Source: a virus
Strand: one strand, 5' to 3'
Virus record (IMG/VR): IMGVR_UViG_3300032242_000468
Coordinates: 1 to 64,000 of that record
DNA: 64,000 nt
Shown: positions 32,379-44,300 of the stretch, piece after piece
How the letters are laid out: each line of letters starts with the position of its first letter
How positions within the stretch are numbered: position 1 is the first letter of the stretch
Made by a program: the position numbers and the translations under genes
The notes under the pieces: model-generated
Database searches by the model: none
What the model saw: the letters and a program-made list of their open reading frames with translations, nothing else
What the model was told of the DNA's origin: nothing

Positions 32379-35300
32379 TTATGCTCCTCCGATCACTAAT
32401 ACGAACGGAGTCATCTCAGCATACAAGGATTTTTGGAATGTACGACCTGAAAGCACACCAGTTGCTTGACTGATAACCAGCGTTGGTCCAATACGGAAGT
32501 CACCGTTTTGGTCAGTTGATGTAAAGAATACCTTACCGTTATTCAATTGTATTGTTTCCTTAGATTGTACTGGGTCAGCCTTACCAACCTGAGGTAGTGC
32601 ACCATACTGTGTTCCAGCACCCACATATTCAAACAAATAGCCTGAAGCGGAAATGTAACTCTGTTGATAGAAATTAACTGTTGCGCCATCGACAAATAGT
32701 GTCGGATCTGTAACGTTCTGTTCAAGTGTAACAATATGATACTGTCCTTTTCTCGTATAATATCCCTCACCTGTATTTACAGATTTATAATTTCCCCCAT
32801 TTACAACATCAAAGATAACAGAGTCTATGATAGATCCCATGTCTCGATAGCATTTGTTCTTATCATAGTTTGCCTGACCAGTATAAGTCCAGTCAATATA
32901 ACCTGTAATCTCTGCCTTAATAAAATCTCTATTGACTTCTAAGATGTTGTAGGTATTAAGCACATTTGTGTTTGTACTTTCAGCATATGCTATAGGCATA
33001 GCCGCTGGAGCAACACTAGGACCGTTTACAATAATATTTGTTATTGTATCAATGTTTGCTTGAACTAGCGCAACTTCTGCACTTGTACCAACAGGCATAT
33101 CAGTAACTTGTTTAATCTTAATTTGATAAACATTATCTACTGGCTGACCTGTAATAATATTAGAAACAATTTCTCTTAGATAATTGTAAGCCGCAGTAGT
33201 CTGAGGTATTTCGTCAGGTATGGCTGTTGTATAACCAAAACCATAATAGTAAACACCTGCTTGAACACTTTGACGATTTCCTGTATGAGTTAAATCAAAT
33301 CCTACACAGTCAATTACATAACCTATGTCTCTCATACAGGTTGTATGATCAAAGTTCCAACCAGGATTATCGTTAGTAATTCTTGCTACAACTTCATTCT
33401 TAATAAAGTCTTTATTTGTTTCAAGAATGCTATAAGCATTGAGTGTATCTGCATCAGTTGTTGTAGCACTATTAGGCACAATAATGTCAGTAACACCTGC
33501 TGTTCCATTTTCTAAAATATTTAAGACAACATTCATATTACCAGCCAATGTGGTAGCCGCAGAAGCCATTCCCATGTATGGAGTTGTAATTTGTGTACCT
33601 GTTGAATAACGTGGACCGCTAGTATCAGACAGTATAATCTGTTGTGCCAGCGATCTCACATAACCAATAGCCGCTGTTGTAGTTGTCAACTCGCCTGGAA
33701 TAGTAGCAGAAGTGTCATTGTTTTGATTCCAATATTGTAGGCCAGCAAATGTTGACTGACTTGTGCCGCCAAACAACAAGTCTTGTGCAATAGCATCGAC
33801 TACCAGTCCTGTATCACGTTGGCATTTTGCTTGACTGTAACTGAACCCTGGATATGCACTACTGATGTACCCAGTCATCTCAGACTCTAGATAACTTCTA
33901 TTAAGTTCTAGTAACTGTACAGCATTTATCACATTGGTTGCTGTGCTTGCTGTAGTTCCAATGGCAGTTTTGTCAGGAGCCGCACTTGGTCCGTTGGCAA
34001 TGATATTAGTGATTACATCAAGATTTGACTGTGCTACTGCGGCTTCTACACTTGTTCCAATACTGCCGGTATTAAACACCTGTGGATGTATCAATTGATA
34101 ACCAGAATTTACAGGGATATTTTCAATTACTTTAGGTACAATACTTCTTAGATAAGCGTAGGCCGCTAGTGTCTGAGTAGATTCTCCTGGAATAGCAGTG
34201 GATGTACTATTGTATCCATAGTAGTAAGAACCACTTTGGACTGCCTGTCTGTTTCCGCCATACAATATATCGACACAAACACTATCAACCATATAGCCTA
34301 CATCTCGAGCACATGTATCTCTGTTGTAAGTAAATGTAGAAGTAGTTTGACTAATGTAAGCCACAACTTCTGCTTGAATAAAAGTACGGTTAGAATGAAT
34401 TAAATTAGCCGCTTTGACCACATTGACGTTGGTAGAAGTTGTCACTCCTAATGGAGATTTTACGGTAACAATGTCAGGTCCGTTGTTAATAATTTCTGTT
34501 GCTAGATCAATTTTACTTTGTGCTAGGGTAACTTCAGCCGCAGTTCCTGTAGAAACACTAATAGTTTGAGTATATGTATTTTGATAAGTTACAGGCATTG
34601 CTTGACCTTGTACAATGTACGGTAACATTGTTTTAATATAGTCATAGGCAATAGTTGTTTTAACTTGTTCTCCAGGAATAGCACTTGAAGTATCGGAGAA
34701 TGTGTAGTAATATACACCGGATTGAACTGCCTGTCTGTTTCCGCCATATAACAAGTCAATAGAAACACTATCAACCATAAATCCTACATCTCGGTAGCAT
34801 TTGGCTTGATCATAAACAAAACCTGTGCTAGATGTAATATGATTTACATAGGCAACAGCCTCAGTTTGAATGTACTGTTTATTAGCCTGGATAATACCGT
34901 ACGCATTTTTAGTAGTAACATTGGTACTAGATGTTATTCCGTTAGGAACAATTAAGTCTGTGACACCTGCTGTTCCACTGCTCAAGATATTGGTAATAAT
35001 ATTAAAATCAGCCAACACTGCTGATGCATCAGTAGCGGCACCGTGTGGCACGTTTGTAATTTGACTTACGGTACTCTGATATCTTGTACCAGTAGATATA
35101 CCTTGAATAACCAACTGCATCAAAGAACTTACATAGTTGATTGCCTGTGTAGTTGTAGTAATTTCACTAGCAATAGATCCAGTGTAATCACCTTGATTCC
35201 AATATTGTAATCCAGCAAATGTCATCTGACTTGATGTATTAAACAACATGTCTTGCACAATAGCATCAACAATCAATCCTGTATCACGAGAACATTTATT

Positions 35301-38300
35301 TTGATCAAACACATACGACGGATTAGATGCATAATCAACATAGGCTACTGCTTCTTGTTGTAGATATGCTCTGTTGGCCTGCAAAATATTAAACGCATAG
35401 ATGTTACTTACAGTTGTACTGGCTGTTACACTATTAGGCACAATCATATCAGTTACACTGTTAGTACCTGTTGCTAATATATCAAGAATAACATCAAAAT
35501 CTGCGGCTACTTGGGCCACTGTTGCTGTAATACCTGTTGGTAAAAATAATGACTGTGTTAAAGTGTTGCCTGTACTAGTAGTAACTGGTGTGCTTTGAAC
35601 TACATTCTGTATTACCTCACTCAAATATCTGAATGCGTTTGTGGTAGTAGTAATTTCGTTGGCAATTGTGTTAACATACCCATCTTGATTCCAATATTGT
35701 AATCCGCTGAATACGCTCTGAGTAGTACCTTCATGCAACACATCAAGTGCAATACTGTCAACAATTAATCCTGTGTCACGTGCACATTTAGTTTTGTCAT
35801 ATTTGAACTTAGTGTTAAATCTATTATCAATGTAGGCAATTACCTCAGATTGAATAAACGATCTATTGGCATTTAGTAATTTTGCCGCATTCTGCGTCGA
35901 TGTTGTATCGCTTGGATCTAACGGAATTGGTGTACCATCTTGAGCCACGCTAGGACCAACATCAATAATGTTAGTAATCAGGTCAACATGATTTCTCACA
36001 AAGTCAACATCTGTCTGTTGCCCAACAAGATAAACATAATTTACATAATTTACAATTTCGTTTTGGATAAAGTCTCTGTTAGCCTCAAGAATCTTGGCAG
36101 CGTTCAAAACAGTAGCAGTACTTGTAGCAGTTAATCCAATTGAAGTTGCTGTGTTAGCCACAGTTGGTCCGTTGTTAATAATATTCACAATTAAATCAAC
36201 CATGCTCTGTACTTGGGTGGATTCAAATATTGTTGCTGATGTCAGCGTAGTAACCTGAGTAGCAGTGTTATTTGGCGAAGGAGTAACTGCTTGATTTTGT
36301 ACAATTTGAGGAACAATATCTCTTAGGCGTTCATATGCCGCAATGGTTTGAGCACTTTGATAAGGAATAGCAGTTGATGTTGTATATGAATAATAGTAAA
36401 CACCGCTCTGAATTGCTTGTCTGTTACCACCATATAAGATATCAAAACTTACACTATCAACCATATAGCCTACATCTCTGTAACACTTGTCTGTGTCAAA
36501 TGTAAATCCGCCGGTTGCGATACTGCTAACATAAGAAAGAGTCTGCTGTTGTAAGTAAGTCTTGTTAGCCTGTAGAATATTGTATGCTCTTGTAGCGTCA
36601 GTTGAAACAGCAGTTAATCCGTTTGGAACAATTAAATCTGTAACACCAGAAGTTCCGCTGTTTAATATATTAAGAATATATTGGAAATCATTCTTGACAG
36701 CATATAGTTGAACATATGTTGCAGTAGTTCCTGTAGTAACTTGTGTTGCAGTAGTAACAAAACGTCGAACAGTACCTGTACTTTTAACAACAACTTGTTG
36801 AGCAAGATCACTTAGATACTGTATTGCTTTTGTTGTTGTAGTTAATTCTCCCGGAATAGTTCCAACAGTAGATGTTGATTGATTCCAGTATTGGATACCG
36901 GCAAAGTTACTTTGTGTGTAGCCTTTGACAGGAAATTTTAAGTCAATAGCAAAACTATCAACTAATAATCCTGTGTCTCTAAAACATTTATTAGAGTCGT
37001 ATGTATAACTTAAACTTGTAACTTGAGGTACCAGAGTCTGTTGAGGATTAGTAATAGTCTGACCTAGTATAATTGGTTGTACAAGATCTTTAATATAGTT
37101 ATAGGCCGCAGTAGTCTGTGGAATTTCATTAGGAATTACTGTAGCAGTTGTATAATAGTAATAATATACACCTGATTGAATTGCTTGACGATTACCGCCG
37201 TAAAGTGTATCAAAACTAACACTATCTAACATAAATCCTACATCACGGAAGCATTTATTTTGATCGTAAGTAAACCCTGTATACTTACTATCAATATAGG
37301 CAATTACTTCATTTTGAATGAACTCTCTGTTAGCCAATAATAAACTAAATGCGTTTGCAACATTTGGATTTGAATTAGGTGTTAGTCCAATTGGTTTTGG
37401 AGGACTTGCAACTACAGGTCCTTTGTTAATAATATTTGTAATTGTAGAAACATATCTACTTGCTAATACAACTTCGTTGGCAGATGCTGGTAACAGATAT
37501 GTAACCTGAGTAGCAGTATTACCGGGACTCTTTTGAACAGTATTGCCTAACAATATTGTAGAAACAACCTGTCCTAGATGATTGTAAGCATCATTAACTT
37601 GGGGCAATTCGTATGTTATAACAGAAGATGTGTTTATATAACTGTAATAGTACACACCGCTCTGTACAGCCTGTCTGTTACCGCCGTGTATCAAGTCAAA
37701 ACTTACACTGTCAATCATATAACCTAAGTCACGAGCACATGTATCTCTATTATAAACAAATGTTGAACTAGAAATATAATTGATATAGGCCAAAGTTTCT
37801 TCAATCATAAACTCACGATTAGCCTGTAGAATAGCATAGGCATTGTTAGTGCTTGTGGTATTTGTTAATCGACCATTAGGCACAATAGTGTCAGTCACTC
37901 CAGCAGTACCATTCTGTAAGATGTTGATAATTACGCCAAAATCTGCGCCTACCGCAGATGCATCAAGTGATGTTGCTTTGGTTAAACTGATATTTTGTGT
38001 TGTAGTATTTTGATAACGTGTACCTGTATTATTAACAACAACCTGTTGAGCCAACGAACTTAGATAAATTACTGCTTGAGTAGTTGTGGCTAATTCTCCA
38101 GGAATAGTTCCGTTAGTTGATGTTGATTGATTCCAGTATTGAATACCTGCAAATGTTGACTGACTATTTCCAACACTTGGGTACATCATGTCAAATGCAA
38201 TTGCATCTACAATTAAACCAGTATCTCTAAAACAGTTATCTTGATTATAAGAGAAGTTGGAAGTAGAATTTACATAAGCAACAATTTCACGTTGTAAGAA

Positions 38301-41300
38301 TTCTCTATTCTGTTGTATCTTATTGTATGCTTGAACAATATCATTATTTGTACTTGATGTTATTGCGTTAGGAACAATAGCATCAGTGACTCCAGCAATA
38401 CCATTTTGTAAAATATTAATGATGTACTGGAAATCTCCTTTAACAGCATTTACAGTTGCAGTCGATACCTTGTATGTGCCTGTAATTTGGAATGGCTGTG
38501 CATTATAATAATTATTAACATAGGCAATAGTTTCTGCCGCAATAAAATCTCTGTTAGCATGAACAATAGCCGCCGCGTTTAAAATACTTGCGGTTGTGGT
38601 TATTGTCATTCCTATTGGAGACTTGACAGTAGAACTTGTCTGTCCGTTAGTAATAATATTAGTAATGGTTGTTATAGATTTCTGTAAACTCTTAGCATCA
38701 TTAAGTGTACCAGGTGTTAAATTGGTAACTTGTGCTACATCTTGTTGGTATGTTGATGTTGTAACTCCTGTCACAATCCAAGGTAACAAATTACTGATAT
38801 GGTCGTAAGCACCTAATGTTTGAACGCTTTCATTTGGAATTACTGTATTGGTTGTTGTAAAGTTATAATAGTAAACACCACTTTGAACTGCTTGTTTGTT
38901 TCCACCATATAGTGTGTCAAATGCAATACTATCAACAACAAATCCAATATCTCTTGAACAACTTGTTGTACTGTAAGTAAATCCTGTACCTGAACTAATA
39001 AAGTTTGTATAAGCAACACCTTCTGCTTGAATATACGCTCTGTTTGCTCTAATAATATTGTAAGCGTTTACAGCATCTGTTGCTGTGCTTGCTGTAATAC
39101 CATTTGGTACAATAAGATCAGTAACTCCTGCTGTCCCACTTGTTAGTATGTTTAAGAACACATCAAAGTCTGCTTTGACTGTAGCAGAAGTAGAAGCCGC
39201 AGGTAATGACACATTTTGAGTAGTACCAATTTGGTAACGTGTCCCAGTGCTGTTAATTACTAGTTGTTGAACAAGCCTACTTACATACTTAAATGTATTA
39301 GTAGTTGTAGTTTCTTCTCCAGGAATAATTGAACTTGTACTTGTGCTCTGAGCCCAGTATTGCAATCCAGCAAATACTGATTGACTTGATGTACTAAACA
39401 ATAAATCTTGCACAATAGAGTCTACAATTAAACCAGTATCGCGTTTACATTTCACAGAGTCATAAGCAAAGCCGGCAAAATATCTCGAGCCTGTAGTTAC
39501 ATTGGTTAAAACTTCGCCTACTAGTCCTTGTAAGTGAATAACAGCATTAGTTGTAGTTGTTAATTCGCTGCCAATAGCACCAACATAGCCCTGTTGATTC
39601 CAATATTGAACACCTGCAAATGTTGATTGACTAGATGTATTGAATAATAGATCTTGTGCTAGTGCATCAACAATTAAACCAGTGTCGCGTTTACATTTAA
39701 CATCGTCATAGACAAATTGACTTGGCCAAATATGGTCAACATACGCAACTGTTTCTGCTTGTAGGAAGTTTTTATTTTCTTCTAACAAACGTCTTGCACT
39801 GTTTACACCTTCTGATATATTAACATACTGTGAAGGACGAATAATAGTAGGACCAGTTCCTGCTCCGTTCTGAACAATACCAGCAATGATATTAAACTTA
39901 TCAGCAACACTTGTAGCCGCATCGGCACCGTGTTGGAAGTTGGTATCAATAATTTGAGAAACAGAAGTTTGATAAGTTGTTGTTATCAGTTGGTTAGCAA
40001 TAATTTGTACTGCCAACTCTCCAGCATGTGCAATTGCCTGGCTAGTTGTTGTAATTTCTCCAGTTGGCAAAACTGCCGCTAATGTTGATATTGGCGAACT
40101 TATTGATGTATCTACCACACTAGATAGCACGTTGTAGTAAGCATTACCGCAGAAATATAAGTTTAGATAGTTGTTGTTGGTTATGTCCCCGCCACCATTT
40201 AGAATAGGTCTATCTAAAGTAATACTTCTGTAATTTACATCAGAAACTCTTGTTCCTGTAGAAATATACAATTGTCCAGTAACCGGGCCTTCATTTCCGT
40301 AAATATCTTTAATATGAATTGTATGCCCAATAGCAATATCAGTTATATCAATATCGTTGATGGTATAACTGCCTGTACTCACCGTACTTGTATTAGAACT
40401 AGCCACTAGATATCCGGGATATCCTTCTGAATTAATATACGGAACACGATTACCGTTGTAATCTAAATAGGTAGCAGGAGGAACAATTTCCATAACTTGA
40501 CCAATGTGTGGTCTGTTTAAGTTATCAGGAACAAATACTTCTACCTGCTGAGCATTTGGCCAATAACCAATAGGATAGTATTCACTGTTAGGTATATTAG
40601 TAGGGAATGGTGGATTCCAAACAATACCAGCAAAACTCAATTGCCCAATACCTTTAGCAACCAAACATTGATTTCCAAAGTTGGCGTTAGAGTTAGTAAT
40701 AGAAGCAATACCTCCATTCTCAACCAACACAGAAGTAGAACAGAAGATTGTAAACACCGACACCAACTGTGCATATCCGTTATTGATGATGTGAATACCA
40801 ATACCGCCTTGATTCAATTGTGTGAACGCATCAAAAACAAATGATTGAATAGGTGATCTTAATGAAGGAGCATTGCCGTCAACAAGTGCACCACCACCTG
40901 ATCCGTTAGGATCTAGTCTACGGTCAGCATTAGTACTTGTTGACCAATACTCGGGTATTTGGTCGTCTAAGAAAGGATAAACGCTAGTACTACCAAAATA
41001 TACTGTGGCATTATCGCTGGGCGCAATTGTAGGATTGTTCAGTGTAACCGCATAGCATCCTGTTGATATCTCGGTAACCGCAGTAACTTGACTGGCAGTA
41101 TTAATAGCATCGGGGCTTAAGCCGCTTGGTACAATTAGAGCATAGATATCATCTACTACCGCAGGAGCGGTTGTAGGCCCACCATTAATAATTGTTGTAA
41201 TAATACCAAAATCAGTTGTAAGTCTTCCTGCAGTCACTCCACCATTTGGCTTAGTTGTGTCTATTACCTGACTTACAGAAGTTTGGTAAGTAGCGGTGAG

Positions 41301-44300
41301 CGGAGTATTAGAAACAACTTTTGCGGCAATTGAGGCTAGATAATCAATAGCACCAACTGTTTCAACTTGTTGACCTGTAATCAAACTATTTGTACCTGAC
41401 CAATAACTTAACCCAGCAATAATACTACGTTTATTACCGCCATATCTAGCATCGCCGGATACTGCATCAACAATTAATCCTACATCTCTAAAACATAATG
41501 GTTGGTTATAAACAAAGTAATTGTTACCAATATATGCAATAACTTCTGCCTGTATAAATGCTCTATTGGCTTCTAAAATTGCCGCCGCATTTTTAACGTA
41601 TGAATTTGTACTTGGATTTAGCGGTAGTGGTGATAAAGGTTGAGAAACACTAGGGCCATTGTTAATAATATTTGTAATGGTAGACACAATTAATTGTGCC
41701 TGAGTTCCTTGCGTAGTTTGACCACCAACTAGATTAGTTACTTGTAAAACATTAGTCTGTTGTGGCGATATTGTTTGACCAGTAATAATAGAAGGCAATA
41801 TGCTACTGATATAGTTGTAGGCCGCAGTTACCTGCGGAATTTCATTAGGTACTGCTGTTGAAGTAGTATAACCATAATAGGCTACACCGCTTTGTATTGC
41901 TTGGCGGTTACCTCCATATAGTAAGTCAATAGATACACTATCAATCATGTATCCTAAATCTCTATAGCAAGTTTCTTTGCTATAATCAAACAATGGAGGA
42001 TATTTGCTATTAATGTAGGCAATGACTTCAGATTGGATAAACGATCTATTAGATTCTAATAATTTAGCCGCTTGATAAGAGTATGTATCAGTGCTTGACG
42101 TTAGACTAATAGGAGTTTTATCTGCCGCAACACTTGGACCATTTTGTATAATATTAGTAATAGTGTTAACAATCGAAAGTACATCAGCAGATTCTATATA
42201 TGTTGCTGTGTATGCAGAGAACACTTGCGTGACAGTATTTTGATAAGGAGTAACTGCTACATTTTGAATAATACTTTGCGATAGGCTTGCTAGGTATTGG
42301 TATGCATCAAGTGTTGCTGGCATTTCATTTGCCAATACAGTTGAAGTATTATATCCATAGTAATAAACACCTGATTGCACCGCTTGTTTATTACCACCGT
42401 GTAATAAATCAAAGCAAATACTATCTAATACATAACCTACATCTCGGAAACAAGTTTCTTTATTATAAGTGAAGTGTGTTGAACTACTTACAGCATCAAT
42501 ATAGGCAATTGCTTCTCGTTGAATGTAGTCTTTGTTAATTTGAATTAAATTATAAGCACGAACAGTTCCTGTCGCTATGCTTTTATCAATACCGTTAGGT
42601 ACAATAATATCAGTAACGCCTGTAGTACCGCTGGTTAAAATATTAATAAATGTATTAAAATCAGTTTTAATTATTCCTGATTCTACTGCGGTAGCGGCGG
42701 TATATGTAGCAGTGACTTGACTAGATGTAGTTTGATAACGAGTACCTGTTGTAATATTTCTAACAATTAGTTGTGTTAGACTGCTTACATATCTAAACGC
42801 ATTAGTAGTTGTATTAAATTCTCCAGGAAGAATTGCATTTGTGGTAGTTGACTGGCTCCAATATTGTAGTCCAGCAAATGTACTTTGGCTATTTCCAGCA
42901 GTAGGATATAATAAATCTAATGCAAGAGCATCAACAATTAGCCCAGTATCACGTCCACAATTTTGTTGATTGTAATAAAATCCAGAACGTAGTGTTTCAA
43001 TATATGCTAGAGTTTCATTACGAATAAATTCTTTATTAATTTGTAGAGCATTATAAGCATTAACAACATTGGTTGCTGAATTAGCAACTATGCCATTAGG
43101 TACAATAGTGTCAGTTACTCCTACAGTTCCTCTATTAAGAATGTTAACAATAACATTAAAATCATTACTAACTTTTTTTGCTTCTACACTTGTACCTAAC
43201 AATGTGGCTGTTATCTGCGTGACTGTACTTTGATATCTTGTTCCTGTTGTACCTGTAATAACTTGTGCGGCTAATTTACCTGCAAATTGAATTGCTTTTG
43301 TAGTTGTGTTTATTTCTCCAGGAATAGTAGCAGAAGTATCTCCGCCTTGATTCCAGTATTGTAATCCTGCAAAATTTGATTGACTATATCCGCCAAATAA
43401 TAGGTCTTGAGTAATTGCATCAACAATTAGACCAGTGTCACGTTTGCAAGTATCTTGATTATAATAAAAACCGTTATATGTAGTGTTTACATAGGCAACA
43501 ACTTCATTCTGTAAAAAGTTTCTGTTTGCTCGTAACAGTAATTGCGCATTGCGATATCCTTCGTTAGCCGCATCATTGATGCTCATACCAACTGCAATTG
43601 TACCGGTAGATATATAAACTGTAATTGTACTTTGTCCTGCTACCCATGTGCTTGTACCGGCAGCATCTGGAATTTGAACAGTCTGGTTAGGAATAAACAT
43701 ACTACCGTCATACAACCAAGGTCCGGACTGATTGGTACAGTTTTGAATATATGGTGAGTGGTAAACATCAATTGGATTTCCTAAGTTTGGAGGAAATGCA
43801 GTGGCATAAGCACCGGTAGTATACGTACCTGCACCACCCGGAGCATAACGTTCTACACTACCTCTACGTTGGTTAATCATGGCCATCTGTGCAATATACA
43901 CACCAGAATTAACATGGAACAAATCTAGATCTTTGTTCAGAGGTTCAACGAATGTTGTTCTTAAGTCATTACCAATAACAGAAGTATTTGGTAGTAGCAC
44001 TAAAGGATTTTCTTCAAAGTAATGACCAGCCGCTACACGAATAGTAGTACCTTCTTGATAGTAAGGACTACGAATGGCACCGGCAATAGTACGGCAAGCA
44101 CGGCTAGCATCTTGAGCACGACCGTCATTAGTATCGTCTCCGTCTACTGTTACGTATAAAGTATTTCCAACAAAAGGAGCAGTACCTAACGGATCTTCAC
44201 CTAATACTCTAATCTTTCCATTGATCAGTGTATCGCCTGTAACATTTAATTTTCCAGAAACTTTAACTGTGGTACTAGGCTTAAAATTAATTTCACTTTT

